Assembly: GCA_046049665.1 (NCBI GenBank)
Contig: JBJOQW010000060.1
Location: forward strand, 21,056-85,055
DNA length: 64,000 nucleotides
Reading direction: 5' to 3'
Source of the DNA: Pseudomonadota bacterium
GTDB taxonomy: Bacteria; Pseudomonadota; Alphaproteobacteria; Rhodobacterales; Rhodobacteraceae
The position numbers and the translations under genes are program-made. Positions 26,663 to 37,497 of this stretch are shown here, piece after piece. Every line of letters begins with the position of its first letter. Positions within the stretch are counted from its first letter, which is position 1. The notes below the pieces were generated by a model. The model was not told the origin of the DNA and ran no database searches. It saw only the letters and a list, made by a program, of their open reading frames with translations.

Positions 26663-28491
26663 GCACTATCCGTCTGACCGCCGCCCAAGCGATGGTGCGC
26701 TACCTGACCGCGCAGATGGCCGAGGATGGCAAGCCCTTTATCGCGGGCTGCTGGGGCATTTTCGGCCATGGCAACGTTGCGGGGCTGGGTGAGGCCTTGT
26801 ACGGCGTCAAGGACCATTTCCCCACCTACCGCGGGCATAATGAACAGACCATGGCGCATACGGCGATTGCCTATGCCAAACAATTGGGCCGGGCACATGC
26901 GATGATGGTGACATCGTCAATTGGGCCGGGGGCCTTGAACATGGTCACGGCGGCGGGTGTGGCGCATGTGAACCGCATTCCGGTGCTGATCGTGCCGGGG
27001 GATGCCTTTGCCAACCGGGGGCCGGACCCGGTGCTGCAACAGGTTGAGGATTTCGGTGATGGCACGACCTGCGTGAACGATGCGTTCAAGCCGGTGAGCC
27101 GCTATTATGACCGCATCATGCGGCCGGAACATCTGCTGACGGCATTGCCGCGCGCAATGCGGGTGATGACGGACCCGGCGGAATGCGGGCCGGTGACGCT
27201 GTCCTTCTGTCAGGATGTGCAGGCCGAGGCCTATGATTACCCGGCCTCATTCTTTGAACCGCGCGTCTGGCGGCTGCGGCGGGTGCAGCCGGACCCGGTG
27301 GAAGTGGCGCGGGTGGCCGAGATGATCAAGGGTGCGAAGAACCCGGTGATCGTGGCGGGTGGCGGCGTGCATTACAGCTTTGCGACCGATGCCTTGGCGT
27401 GGTTCGCGGATCAGTACCAGATTCCGGTGGTGGAAACGCAGGCGGGCAAATCATCCCTGCCATGGGACCATCCGATGAACCTGGGGCCAGTGGGCGTGAC
27501 GGGTTCAACAAGTGCCAACACGGCCTGCGGGCAGGCGGATGTGGTGATCGGGGTCGGCACGCGGTTTCAGGATTTTACGACAGGGTCCTGGTCACTGTTT
27601 TCCCATCCGGGGCGCAAGCTGATCAGCCTGAATGTGGCGGCTTATGATGCGGCCAAGCATGGGGCAGAACCTTTGTGCGCTGATGCCTGCGTGGGGCTTG
27701 AGGCGCTGTGGAAAGCCATGGGTGAGCACAAGTTCAGCCCTGATGCGGCGGCCTTGAAGGCCGACTGGTTCAGCAAGGTTGATCCGCTGACGGAAGCGCC
27801 CAAGGATGGCAACCAGTTGCCAACGGACATGCAGGTGGTTGGGGCGGTGCAGCGCGCTGCTGGTCCAGATACGGTGATCATGTCAGCGGCAGGCACCATG
27901 CCGGGCGAATTGCACAAGCTGTGGAAGGCGACGCGGCCCATGTCCTACCACATGGAATACGGGTTTTCCTGCATGGGGTATGAAATTGCAGGGGCGATCG
28001 GCATCAAAATGGCGCAGCCAGAGCGCGATGTGGTCTGCATGCTAGGCGATGGCAGCTATATGATGGCCAATAGCGAATTGGCGACGGCCTGCATGATGGG
28101 CACAAAGATCACGCTGGTGATTACGGATAACCGGGGGTTCGGCTGTATCAACCGCTTGCAGATGCACACGGGCGGGGCGGAATTCAACAACCTGCTGAAG
28201 GATGCCTGGCAGGTGAACGCCTCGGCCATTGATTTCCGCGCGCATGCGGAATCGATGGGGGCCACGGCGGTGAAAGCGGGAAATATTGCGGAACTTGAAG
28301 CGGCACTGGTGCAGGCGAAAGCCGCCAAGGGGCCGTTTGTGGTGGTGATTGATACTGACCCCTACCCAAGCACGCCTTACGGCGGATCGTGGTGGGAGGT
28401 GGGGGTGCCCGAGGTGTCCGTGCGGCCGGCAGTGGTGGCAGCGCATGAGAAAGCGCGGGAAAAGAAGCAAAAACAGCAACGTGCTGACTGA
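26659..28491 (+). CDS. iolD: 3D-(3,5/4)-trihydroxycyclohexane-1,2-dione acylhydrolase (ThDP enzyme)
   Basis: MSTIRLTAAQAMVRYL, ThDP motif GDGSYMM...N. ATGA overlap with iolC. Confidence 0.93.
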   Translation: MSTIRLTAAQAMVRYLTAQMAEDGKPFIAGCWGIFGHGNVAGLGEALYGVKDHFPTYRGHNEQTMAHTAIAYAKQLGRAHAMMVTSSIGPGALNMVTAAGVAHVNRIPVLIVPGDAFANRGPDPVLQQVEDFGDGTTCVNDAFKPVSRYYDRIMRPEHLLTALPRAMRVMTDPAECGPVTLSFCQDVQAEAYDYPASFFEPRVWRLRRVQPDPVEVARVAEMIKGAKNPVIVAGGGVHYSFATDALAWFADQYQIPVVETQAGKSSLPWDHPMNLGPVGVTGSTSANTACGQADVVIGVGTRFQDFTTGSWSLFSHPGRKLISLNVAAYDAAKHGAEPLCADACVGLEALWKAMGEHKFSPDAAALKADWFSKVDPLTEAPKDGNQLPTDMQVVGAVQRAAGPDTVIMSAAGTMPGELHKLWKATRPMSYHMEYGFSCMGYEIAGAIGIKMAQPERDVVCMLGDGSYMMANSELATACMMGTKITLVITDNRGFGCINRLQMHTGGAEFNNLLKDAWQVNASAIDFRAHAESMGATAVKAGNIAELEAALVQAKAAKGPFVVVIDTDPYPSTPYGGSWWEVGVPEVSVRPAVVAAHEKAREKKQKQQRAD

Positions 28492-28506
28492 AGTTAAGGT
28501 GAAAAG

Positions 28507-29406
28507 ATGATCCGTTACGGAACCAACCCGATTGCATGGTCAAACGATGATGACCAGACGCTGGGCGCGCATATCAGCCTGGAGCAATGTCTGGATGAGT
28601 GCGCGAAGATCGGCTTTGATGGTATTGAAAAGGGGCATAAATTCCCGACAACCGTGGCAGGCCTGAAAGGCGTGCTTGACCCGCGTGGTCTGGCCTTTGT
28701 GTCGGGCTGGCATTCGACGAACCTGTTGGTGAATGCGGTTGAGGCCGAAAAGGCAGCGATGCAGCCGTTTCTGGATGTGCTGAAAGGCATGGGCTGCAAG
28801 GTGATCATCGTGTGCGAAACATCAAACGCCATTCATGGCGCGGATGATCAGCCGGTCAACAACCGTCCGCATCTGCGGGATGATCAGTGGCGGGCCTTCG
28901 GGCAGGGGATCGAGGCCTTGGCGGAATTCAGTGCGGCACAGGGCATCACGCTGGTTTACCATCACCACATGGGCACGATTGTGGAAGCCGAATGGGAGAT
29001 TGACCGCCTGATGGCGGAGACAGGGCCACATACGCATTTGCTGCTGGATACGGGGCATTGCCATTTTGGCGGCGGTGATCCGGTGCGGCTTGCGAAAAAG
29101 CACATGGGCCGCGTGGCGCATATCCATGCCAAGAACGTGCGGCCGGATGTGATGGCGCAGGTGCGTGAGCAGGGCCTGAGCTTTCTGGAAGGTGTGCGGC
29201 GGGGCGTGTTCACCGTGCCGGGCGACGCGGAGGGTGTGGTAGATTTCCACGGCGTGCTTGAGGTGGCGGCGGCGCATGATTATCAGGGCTGGTTGGTGAT
29301 CGAGGCGGAACAGGACGCGGCGGTGCGCAACCCGTTGGAATATCAGGGTATGGGGCTGCGCGCGCTGAAGGCCTTCGCGAAACGGGCAGGTTTGCGCGGG
29401 GCGTGA
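28507..29406 (+). CDS. iolE: myo-inosose-2 dehydratase
   Basis: Xylose-isomerase-like TIM barrel, [19 protein letters not shown]. Confidence 0.92.
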   Translation: MIRYGTNPIAWSNDDDQTLGAHISLEQCLDECAKIGFDGIEKGHKFPTTVAGLKGVLDPRGLAFVSGWHSTNLLVNAVEAEKAAMQPFLDVLKGMGCKVIIVCETSNAIHGADDQPVNNRPHLRDDQWRAFGQGIEALAEFSAAQGITLVYHHHMGTIVEAEWEIDRLMAETGPHTHLLLDTGHCHFGGGDPVRLAKKHMGRVAHIHAKNVRPDVMAQVREQGLSFLEGVRRGVFTVPGDAEGVVDFHGVLEVAAAHDYQGWLVIEAEQDAAVRNPLEYQGMGLRALKAFAKRAGLRGA

Positions 29407-29445
29407 CGGGCGGATTTGAGTATTTTGCAAAGAGAAAACAAAACG

Positions 29446-30261
29446 ATGGCCGATCTTTTGCGCAAGCCGCTGGGCACCCATGGCAAGGTGCATGACATCA
29501 GTGCTGCCGATGCAGGCTGGGGCTATGTAGGCTTTTCGCTTTACCGGCTGAGTGCGGGGGAAAGCGTGGCGGAAACCACGGGTGACCGCGAGGTGATACT
29601 GGTGCTGGTCGAGGGGCACGCGCATATCCACGGGGCGGGGCAGGATTGGGGTGTGATGGGCGACCGGATGGATGTGTTTGAAAAGACCCCGCCGCATTGC
29701 CTGTATCTGCCGGGGGGGACGGCGTGGAATGCGCAGGCGACAACGGCCTGCACGCTGGCGGTTTGCACAGCGCCTGCGAAGGGCGGGTACGCGGCGCAGC
29801 GCCTTGGGCCGGAAGGAATTGCGCTGACACCAAGGGGGCAGGGGGCGAACACGCGCCACATCAACAACATCGCGATGGAAGGCCGCGATGTGGCGGGCAG
29901 CCTGCTGGTGACCGAAGTCTTCACGCCGGCTGGCAACTGGTCAAGCTATCCCAGCCACAGGCATGACGAGGATGATTATCCGCGGATGACCTATCTGGAA
30001 GAAACCTACTACCACCGCCTGAACCCGGCGCAGGGCTTTGGCATTCAGCGCGTATACACCGAAGACGGTGCGTTGGACGAAACTATGGCGGTCAAGAACC
30101 ATGATGTGGTGCTGGTGCCGCGCGGGCATCACCCTTGTGGAGCGCCCTATGGATACGAGATGTATTACCTGAACGTCATGGCAGGCCCGCGCCGCGCCTG
30201 GCGGTTTCAGAACGACCCGGACCATGACTGGATTTACCAACGCGATTCAGCTGGCCTGTAG
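29446..30261 (+). CDS. iolB: 5-deoxy-glucuronate isomerase
   Basis: Cupin-like IolB pattern (NWSSYPSHRHD, YYHR). Start moved to MADLLRKP. Confidence 0.9.
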   Translation: MADLLRKPLGTHGKVHDISAADAGWGYVGFSLYRLSAGESVAETTGDREVILVLVEGHAHIHGAGQDWGVMGDRMDVFEKTPPHCLYLPGGTAWNAQATTACTLAVCTAPAKGGYAAQRLGPEGIALTPRGQGANTRHINNIAMEGRDVAGSLLVTEVFTPAGNWSSYPSHRHDEDDYPRMTYLEETYYHRLNPAQGFGIQRVYTEDGALDETMAVKNHDVVLVPRGHHPCGAPYGYEMYYLNVMAGPRRAWRFQNDPDHDWIYQRDSAGL

Positions 30262-30293
30262 GGCATTCGTCACAATGGCGCTGCGCCTGTCGT

Positions 30294-30611
30294 TCAATCA
30301 GCGGGTCCGGCAAGCCTGACACGCAGGGTGGGGGCGGCGGCTGAAAGCTCGCGCAGGACAATGCCGCTGTTGGGCAAGACGGGGGTGCGGACCAGCACTT
30401 CGCCGCGAAAGCCGAATCGTTCAAGCTGGGACAGCGCATCAACTGCGTCAAACCCCGGCCCGAACAGCGGCATGATCACAAGGTCTGGCAGAACCTCGCT
30501 GATCTTGCGGGCGCTCAACTTTACAAAGGGCATGCTGTGCAGGGCTGAGTTAGCGGGAAGTTCGCCGCTCTCTGCTCCGTCAATCACAAGAACTGACCGC
30601 AGGCCCGCCAT
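30294..30611 (-). CDS. hypothetical protein, degenerate receiver(REC)-like fold?
   Basis: 105 aa. VLVIDG...PDLVIMPLF...VLVRTPV resembles REC beta1/beta3/beta4, but I see no phospho-acceptor Asp or conserved Lys. Confidence 0.45.
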   Translation of the reverse strand: MAGLRSVLVIDGAESGELPANSALHSMPFVKLSARKISEVLPDLVIMPLFGPGFDAVDALSQLERFGFRGEVLVRTPVLPNSGIVLRELSAAAPTLRVRLAGPAD

Positions 30612-30831
30612 CAGGGCAGCGCCACCCTACGCGCGCAAACGCACTTCGTCCGCCCCAATGGCGACCGCCGTTTTTGCATCTGTACCTCCCCCGAGGATAA
30701 GCCTGTTTCTTGCAAGCCGTTCCGCAGTTTAGCGCGATTCAACTTCAGGGGGAAATAGCAAAGATTGGATTATACTTTGGGCATAGATTGCACCGGCTGG
30801 ACAGGCTGACCGGCACCTGCCACACAAAGCC

Positions 30832-31866
30832 ATGGAACACTCGCTTGCTACATCCCTGATCGCGGCCTTGCCGCAACCGGCCCTGTTTATTGCACAATCG
30901 CAAAAGGTTGGCAGTGCCAACGCTGCGGCCATCGCTCTGTTGGGGCATGGGATGATCGGGCGGCACTTTGCCCTGTCCTTGCGCAATCCGCAGGCGATTG
31001 CCGCCATCGAGGAGGCCTTGCAATCGGGGCAGGTGGTGCAGACACGGATGACGCAACCGGTTGCCGGGGCCGATGCCACCTACCGCCTGATCGCAAATCC
31101 GGTAGCGGGTGACGGGCTATCGGGTGTGCTGTGTCTGTTCGAGGATGTGTCGGATGCCGAACAGATCGGGCAAATGCGACGCGAATTCGTGGCCAATGTC
31201 AGCCACGAACTGCGCACGCCGCTGACGGCACTTTTGGGCTTCATTGAAACGTTGCGGGGGGCCGCCAAGGATGACCCGGTGGCGCGCGGGCGGTTTCTGG
31301 AAATCATGTCGCGTGAGGCAGGGCGGATGAACCGTCTTGTCAGTGATCTGTTGCAGTTGAGCCAGGTCGAGGCGGTTGAAAGGGTGCGCCCGGCAGCACC
31401 GGTTGATGTGATGGCCTGCCTGATGTCGACTGTGTCAGCGTTGCGGCCCCTGTCGGAACGCGCTGCGGCCTCGCTTGAGGTAAGTGGCCCGCCCGGACCG
31501 ATCATGGTGCCCGGAGATGCGGACCAACTGTTGCAGGTGTTCCAGAACCTGATCGAAAATGCCCTCAAATATGGCGGGCAGGGCAATGTGCGAGTGAACG
31601 TACGACAGGGCGAAGAGCGTGGAATCAGCGGGCCAGCCGTGAGCATCGCGGTCAGGGATGAGGGTGAGGGAATCGATCCGATGCATTTGCCGCGCCTGAC
31701 CGAACGATTCTACCGGGTTGACAGCCACCGGTCGCGCGAACAGGGGGGCACGGGGCTGGGATTGGCGATTGTGAAACACATTGTTAACCGGCACCGTGGC
31801 CGGCTGCGCATTGAATCTGAGCTGGGCCAGGGCAGCACCTTTACGGTTATCCTGCCGCAAACATAG
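30832..31866 (+). CDS. phoR: phosphate regulon sensor histidine kinase (soluble, PAS-HisKA-HATPase)
   Basis: H-box FVANVSHELRTPL, N/G boxes (NLIENALKYG, DEGEGI, GGTGLGLAIV). Heads the pst-phoU-phoB block. Confidence 0.9.
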   Translation: MEHSLATSLIAALPQPALFIAQSQKVGSANAAAIALLGHGMIGRHFALSLRNPQAIAAIEEALQSGQVVQTRMTQPVAGADATYRLIANPVAGDGLSGVLCLFEDVSDAEQIGQMRREFVANVSHELRTPLTALLGFIETLRGAAKDDPVARGRFLEIMSREAGRMNRLVSDLLQLSQVEAVERVRPAAPVDVMACLMSTVSALRPLSERAAASLEVSGPPGPIMVPGDADQLLQVFQNLIENALKYGGQGNVRVNVRQGEERGISGPAVSIAVRDEGEGIDPMHLPRLTERFYRVDSHRSREQGGTGLGLAIVKHIVNRHRGRLRIESELGQGSTFTVILPQT

Positions 31867-31926
31867 GGAAATCTGCGTTTTCCGGCCTGTTCCGGTGGCC
31901 TGGACAGGCACGGCTTGCAGGGCGTG

Positions 31927-31955
31927 CTGTCATGAAACTGTTACAAAACTGTCGC
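31927..31955 (+). promoter_or_regulatory. Pho box: three 7-nt direct repeats with 4-nt spacers
   Basis: CTGTCAT-GAAA-CTGTTAC-AAAA-CTGTCGC, 87-115 nt upstream of the pstS ATG. Confidence 0.85.
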
Positions 31956-32041
31956 AAAAGCGTGGCGCCGGGTCAATAGACGGGCGGGTGTGTCGTAGTG
32001 GTTGCGACAGCGCGTTACACGGACCCTTGCAGGAGCAAACG

Positions 32042-33097
32042 ATGTCCCTTTTGAAACTTTCCGCTTCTTCGATCGCCATCATGGCTGTCTCGGCCACTGC
32101 TGGCATGGCCCGCGATCAGGTGCAGGTCACCGGGTCGTCGACCGTGCTGCCCTATGCCACCATCGTGGCTGAAGCGTTTGGCGAAAACTTTGAATTCCCA
32201 TCGCCCGTGGTTGAAGGTGGCGGTTCGGGTGCCGGCCGCAAGAAGCTGTGCGAAGGCGTTGGCGAAAACACTGTAGACATCGCAAACTCGTCCAGCCGCA
32301 TTTCGCAGTCAGATATCGATCTGTGCGCCTCCAACGGCGTGACCGAGATCATGGAAGTGCGCTTTGGCTATGACGGCATCGTGTTCGCCTCGGCCGCTGC
32401 CGGCCCGGAATTCGCACTGACGCCTGCTGATGTGTACAACGCTCTGGGTGCAAATGTGGCCAAGGACGGCGCTCTGGCTGCCAACGCCAGCGCAACCTGG
32501 GCTGACGTGAACGCAAGCCTGCCCGCGCAGGACATTCTGGCCTTCGTTCCGGGCACCAAGCACGGCACGCGCGAAGTGTTCGACACCAAGGTGATCATTG
32601 CGGGCTGCAAGGAAACCGGCGCGTTTGATCTGTTCGTGGCGGCCTCGACCGAGGCGGACGCGGATGCCAAGGAAGATGCAGCCGAAGACGCCTGCATGGA
32701 GCTGCGCACGGATGGCAAGTCGGTTGATATCGACGGCGATTACACCGAAACGCTGGCCCGTCTGGACGCTGACCCAACCGCCGTTGGCGTGTTCGGCCTG
32801 TCGTTCTACCAGAACAACACAGACAAGCTGCGCGTGGCCACGATGAGCGGTGTGGTGCCATCAACCGAAAGCATCGCTTCGGGCGAATACCCTGTGTCGC
32901 GTCCGCTGTACTTCTACGTCAAGAAGGCACATATCGGCGTGATCCCCGGCCTGAAGGAATACATCGAGTTCTTCGTGTCCGACGATATGGCTGGCCCGGA
33001 TGGCCCGCTGGCCCAGTATGGCCTGGTGTCCGACCCGGAACTGGCTGCAACCCAGGCGATGGTTGCTGCAGAAACCCCGATGGGTCCGCTGGAATAA
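32042..33097 (+). CDS. pstS: phosphate ABC transporter substrate-binding protein
   Basis: Signal peptide MSLLKLSASSIAIMAVSATAGMA, then GSSTVLPY. Start moved from 31781. Confidence 0.93.
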   Translation: MSLLKLSASSIAIMAVSATAGMARDQVQVTGSSTVLPYATIVAEAFGENFEFPSPVVEGGGSGAGRKKLCEGVGENTVDIANSSSRISQSDIDLCASNGVTEIMEVRFGYDGIVFASAAAGPEFALTPADVYNALGANVAKDGALAANASATWADVNASLPAQDILAFVPGTKHGTREVFDTKVIIAGCKETGAFDLFVAASTEADADAKEDAAEDACMELRTDGKSVDIDGDYTETLARLDADPTAVGVFGLSFYQNNTDKLRVATMSGVVPSTESIASGEYPVSRPLYFYVKKAHIGVIPGLKEYIEFFVSDDMAGPDGPLAQYGLVSDPELAATQAMVAAETPMGPLE

Positions 33098-33108
33098 GCC
33101 ACACAATA

Positions 33109-33138
33109 CAGGCGGCCCCCGGTGATGGGGGCCGCCTG
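33109..33138 (+). terminator. strong intra-operon hairpin after pstS (attenuator / stability element)
   Basis: 12-bp perfect stem CAGGCGGCCCCC/GGGGGCCGCCTG, loop GGTGAT, weak U-tail. Confidence 0.6.
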
Positions 33139-33161
33139 ACCTTTCGGGATTGGGGCGCTTG

Positions 33162-34646
33162 ATGTCAACGTTGCTGCTGCTGGGTGTCGTGCTGGTGCTT
33201 GCCGTCATGGCATTCGTTCTGTGCCGTGGCCGGGCGCTTTCTTCTGCCGGGGGCGACATACGCCGCCTGCATTCGCTGCCTGCCGCCTATGGCTGGCATG
33301 GCGCGCTGATGGTGGCCTTGCCCGCCTTTTTCGTTCTTGTCATGTGGCTGATCTTTCAGCCGATCGTCATTGCCCGGTCTGTTGGCGCCATTCTGCCGAT
33401 TGCCACGACAACGCAAACTGACGATGAGGCGCAATCTGCCGAAAACGCTGAAACGCTAGCGCTGATTGACGTGCGCCGCCTTGCGGCGGGGCTGGATGCC
33501 GCTGTCAGCAGTGGTGCCATGCCCGAGCTTGGCCCCGATGGCGCGGGTGCCGATATGGCCGCATTGAAGGATACGCTTGCCGCCAGTGGTGTTGCCCTTG
33601 GCAGCGAGATTTCGCCGGTAACGCTTGCCGCAGCCCAGAAATATCGCAGCCTTTCCGCCATTGGTCTGACGGCGCGCACCGTGTTCACGTTGATTGCCGC
33701 ACTGGTTGGGCTGGCTGCCGCCGTCATGCTGACGCAAAAGGATTTCCGCGCCCGCAACCGGGTGGAAGGCGTGATAAAGGGCCTGCTGATTGCAGCGTCA
33801 TCGGTGGCCATTCTGACGACGGTAGGCATCATCTATTCGATGCTGTCCGAGACGGTTAACTTTTTCCGCTTTTATCCGGTGGCCGACTTTTTCTTTGGCC
33901 TGACATGGTCGCCCAACTTTCGCGGCAACAGCGAGTTTGGCCTGATCCCGCTGGTTTGGGGCACGCTCTATATCACCTTCATTTCTATGCTTGTGGCAGT
34001 GCCGCTGGGCCTGTTCTCGGCCATCTACCTTGCCGAATACGCCACCGCCCGCACCCGCAGCGTTGTAAAGCCGTTGATCGAGGTCATCGCCGGTATTCCG
34101 ACCGTGGTCTTTGGCCTGTTCGCCCTTGTCACTGTGGGCCCCTTCCTGCGCGACTGGATCGCCCAGCCGCTTGGCCTGGGTGACAGCGGATCTTCCGTCA
34201 TGACTGCGGGCATCGTGATTGGCATTCTGAACATTCCGTTTGTTTCGTCCTTGTCGGACGACATCATCAATGCCGTTCCGCAGTCCATGCGCGATGGGTC
34301 GTATGGTCTGGGTGCCACGAAATCTGAAACCATCCGTCAGGTGGTTTTGCCTGCCGCCTTGCCCGGTATCGTCGGTGCCATTCTGATGGCGGGCAGCCGA
34401 GCAATTGGCGAGACGATGATCGTGTCGATGGGGGCAGGGGCCGCAGCCAAGCTTGACCTGAACCCGTTCGAGGCAATGACAACAATGACGGTCAAGATTG
34501 TGGGCCAGCTGACAGGCGATACCGACTTTGCCAGCCCGGAAACACTGGTGGCCTTTGCCCTTGGCATGACGCTGTTTGTCATCACCCTGGGGCTGAATGT
34601 CTTGGCGCTGTACGTCGTGCGCAAATACCGGGAGCAATACGAATGA
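33162..34646 (+). CDS. pstC: phosphate ABC transporter permease
   Basis: Long PstC-type permease with the EAA-like motif region. ATGA overlap with pstA. Confidence 0.92.
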   Translation: MSTLLLLGVVLVLAVMAFVLCRGRALSSAGGDIRRLHSLPAAYGWHGALMVALPAFFVLVMWLIFQPIVIARSVGAILPIATTTQTDDEAQSAENAETLALIDVRRLAAGLDAAVSSGAMPELGPDGAGADMAALKDTLAASGVALGSEISPVTLAAAQKYRSLSAIGLTARTVFTLIAALVGLAAAVMLTQKDFRARNRVEGVIKGLLIAASSVAILTTVGIIYSMLSETVNFFRFYPVADFFFGLTWSPNFRGNSEFGLIPLVWGTLYITFISMLVAVPLGLFSAIYLAEYATARTRSVVKPLIEVIAGIPTVVFGLFALVTVGPFLRDWIAQPLGLGDSGSSVMTAGIVIGILNIPFVSSLSDDIINAVPQSMRDGSYGLGATKSETIRQVVLPAALPGIVGAILMAGSRAIGETMIVSMGAGAAAKLDLNPFEAMTTMTVKIVGQLTGDTDFASPETLVAFALGMTLFVITLGLNVLALYVVRKYREQYE

Positions 34647-35977
34647 CTGACGCCACATCCGCCCCCGCAGAATCGCTTTACGCGCCGTCACGCCTGATGA
34701 CCCGCCGCAATGCCGCTGAACGCCGGTTCCGGTTCTATGGCGTGGCCGCCATTGCCGTCAGCCTGATTGTGCTGGCCATCATGCTGTTTACCATCTTCCG
34801 CGATGGCATTTCATCCTTCCGTCAAACCTCGGTCACTTTCCCCGTCACGCTGACGGCTGATGCGCTGGCGCCGAAGGGCATCGAAGACCTTGAAGCGATG
34901 CGCAAGGTCACCACCATCGGCTATGGCAAGGTGATTGATGCGTCATTCCTTGCCTATCTTGCCGCCGAAGGGTTGGCGGTTGAGGGCCTTGATGACAAGG
35001 ACGCCCGCGCGATCTTGTCCAAGGAAGCGGCAGGCCAGTTGCGCGCGCAGGTTCTGGCCGACCCTAGCCTTGTGGGGCAGACCATGCCCATGACGCTGTG
35101 GACGAATGCGCGGATTGACGGCTATTTCAAGGGCCGTGTGACGATGGAAAGCGCCGAGCGCGATGGCAATGTCACACCGGAACAATTGCAGCTGGCAGAT
35201 CTGCTGGCCGAAAACGGTGCCTTGTCACGCCCGTTCAACTGGCAGTTCCTGACGGGCCCTGATGCGTCGGACCAGCGGCCCGAAGCTGCGGGTCTGGGTA
35301 TTTCGATCATCGGATCGATTTTCATGATGATCATCGTGGCCCTGCTGTGCGTGCCCATCGGTGTGGCCGCCAGCATATATCTGGAAGAATTCGCCCCGAA
35401 GAACCGCTGGACCGACCTGATCGAGGTGAACATCTCGAACCTCGCCGCGGTGCCGTCGATTGTGTATGGTATCCTTGGTCTGGCCGTGTTCATCAACTTT
35501 GCCGGCTTTCCGCAGTCATCCTCGCTGGTGGGTGCGCTTGTGCTGACGCTGATGACCCTGCCCACCATCATCATCGCCACCCGCGCTGCCATCCGCGCCG
35601 TGCCGCCGTCTATCCGCGATGCCGCCCTTGGCATCGGCGCATCGAAAATGCAGACCGTGTTCCACCAGGTGCTGCCTTTGGCCATGCCGGGTATCCTGAC
35701 GGGTTCCATCCTTGGCCTGGCCACGGCTTTGGGTGAAACCGCGCCCTTGCTGCTGATCGGCATGGTCGCCTTTGTGGACAACTACCCCGCCATTTCAGCC
35801 GCAGGTGCCCTTGATCCGGCAACTGCCTTGCCGGTGCAGGTTTATTCATGGGCCTCGCGCTCGGACCCTGCCTTTATCGAACGGTCATCCGGTGCCATCA
35901 TAGTACTGCTGTTCTTTCTTGTAATCATGAACGCCGCCGCAATCATGCTGCGCCGCCGCTTTGAACGCCGCTGGTAG
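34643..35977 (+). CDS. pstA: phosphate ABC transporter permease
   Basis: PstA pattern including [19 protein letters not shown]. Confidence 0.92.
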   Translation: MTDATSAPAESLYAPSRLMTRRNAAERRFRFYGVAAIAVSLIVLAIMLFTIFRDGISSFRQTSVTFPVTLTADALAPKGIEDLEAMRKVTTIGYGKVIDASFLAYLAAEGLAVEGLDDKDARAILSKEAAGQLRAQVLADPSLVGQTMPMTLWTNARIDGYFKGRVTMESAERDGNVTPEQLQLADLLAENGALSRPFNWQFLTGPDASDQRPEAAGLGISIIGSIFMMIIVALLCVPIGVAASIYLEEFAPKNRWTDLIEVNISNLAAVPSIVYGILGLAVFINFAGFPQSSSLVGALVLTLMTLPTIIIATRAAIRAVPPSIRDAALGIGASKMQTVFHQVLPLAMPGILTGSILGLATALGETAPLLLIGMVAFVDNYPAISAAGALDPATALPVQVYSWASRSDPAFIERSSGAIIVLLFFLVIMNAAAIMLRRRFERRW

Positions 35978-35987
35978 GGGGCACACT

Positions 35988-36785
35988 ATGACCAAGATGC
36001 AAAATCCAGAAAGCCTCGTGATCGCCATGGCCAACAAGATGACCGCCCGCAAGGTACAGGTGCACTACGGCACCAACCACGCCATCAAGGACGTGGATGT
36101 TGATATCCTTGATAAAACCGTCACCGCATTTATAGGCCCGTCGGGCTGTGGCAAATCAACGTTCCTGCGTTGCCTGAACCGGATGAATGACACGATCGCA
36201 GTCTGCAAGGTGACCGGCAGCCTGCAGCTGGAAGGCGAAGATATCTATGATCCGCGCGTTGACCCCGTGCAGCTGCGCGCCAAGGTGGGCATGGTGTTTC
36301 AAAAGCCCAACCCGTTTCCGAAATCCATCTATGACAATGTCGCCTACGGCCCGCGTATCCATGGCCTGACGCGCAACAAGGCCGAACTTGATGGTATCGT
36401 GGAAAGCTGCCTGAAAAAGGCCGCCCTCTGGAACGAGGTCAAGGACCGTCTTGATGCCCCCGGCACCGGCCTTTCGGGCGGCCAGCAACAGCGCCTTTGC
36501 ATTGCGCGCGCCATTGCGACCAGCCCCGAAGTGCTGCTGATGGATGAACCCTGCTCGGCGCTGGACCCTATCGCCACGGCACAGGTCGAGGAGCTGATTG
36601 ACGAACTGCGCAGCCAGTTCTCGGTTGTGATTGTGACGCATTCTATGCAGCAGGCCGCGCGCGTCAGCCAGAAAACGGCGTTCTTTCACCTTGGCCATCT
36701 GGTGGAATACGGCGACACCGGGCAGATTTTCACCAATCCAAAGGATCCACGCACGGAATCCTACATTTCCGGCCGGATCGGCTGA
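35988..36785 (+). CDS. pstB: phosphate ABC transporter ATP-binding protein
   Basis: Walker [10 protein letters not shown], signature LSGGQQQR, Walker B LLMDEP. Confidence 0.96.
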   Translation: MTKMQNPESLVIAMANKMTARKVQVHYGTNHAIKDVDVDILDKTVTAFIGPSGCGKSTFLRCLNRMNDTIAVCKVTGSLQLEGEDIYDPRVDPVQLRAKVGMVFQKPNPFPKSIYDNVAYGPRIHGLTRNKAELDGIVESCLKKAALWNEVKDRLDAPGTGLSGGQQQRLCIARAIATSPEVLLMDEPCSALDPIATAQVEELIDELRSQFSVVIVTHSMQQAARVSQKTAFFHLGHLVEYGDTGQIFTNPKDPRTESYISGRIG

Positions 36786-36799
36786 GGGCGAGGAACAGC

Positions 36800-37495
36800 A
36801 TGAACAACCCCCATATCGCCACAGCTTTTGACCGTGACCTGGAAGGTGTCCAGACCATGCTCATGAAAATGGGCGGGCTGGTTGAAACAGCCATTCTTGA
36901 TGCGGCCCGCGCGTTGGAAGACCGTGATACCGAACTGGCCGAGCAGGTGCGGCGCGGTGATCTGGTGATTGATGCACTGGAAGAACAGATCAACGCCGAT
37001 TGCGCCAAGGTCATTGCCTTGCGTGCGCCAACAGCGACCGATCTGCGCACGGTACTGACCGTGATGAAGATAGCGGGCAACCTTGAACGCTGTGGCGATT
37101 ATGCCAAGAACCTGGCCAAACGCACGCTTGTGCTTGCGTCAGCCCAGCCGATCGGGTCATCCGCCGGGTCAATCCGGCGGCTGGCCAAAACCGTGCAGGG
37201 TTTGCTGCGCGATGCGCTGGACGCCTTTGTGCGCCGTGATGCGGTGTTGGCCGAAGACGTGCGCCAGCGCGACCGGGATGTGGATCAGATGTACAACGCC
37301 CTGTTCCGTGAATTTGTGACCTACATGATGGAAGACAGCCGGAACATCAGCCCGATGATGCACCTGCATTTCATTGCCAAGAACATTGAACGCGTCGGCG
37401 ACCATGCGACAGGCATTGCCGAACAGGTGACCTACCTGATCACGGGTGCCCTGCCGAATGAAGACCGGCCCAAGGCCGATAGTACGGTGGCTTGA
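36800..37495 (+). CDS. phoU: phosphate signalling complex protein
   Basis: Duplicated PhoU repeats (E..IN.....I.......DLR, ERVGDHAT). Confidence 0.94.
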   Translation: MNNPHIATAFDRDLEGVQTMLMKMGGLVETAILDAARALEDRDTELAEQVRRGDLVIDALEEQINADCAKVIALRAPTATDLRTVLTVMKIAGNLERCGDYAKNLAKRTLVLASAQPIGSSAGSIRRLAKTVQGLLRDALDAFVRRDAVLAEDVRQRDRDVDQMYNALFREFVTYMMEDSRNISPMMHLHFIAKNIERVGDHATGIAEQVTYLITGALPNEDRPKADSTVA

Positions 37496-37497
37496 GC

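Noticed and set aside
31781-32041. 5' extensions of tracked ORFs. Examples: pstS from 31781, fabD from 13287, the GlxA regulator to 18503, the YceI gene from 11295, and iolD from 26620.
   Set aside because: The extensions are Cys/Arg-rich and overlap upstream genes, terminators or the Pho box. They lack SD sequences. Internal ATGs give family-typical N-termini or signal peptides.
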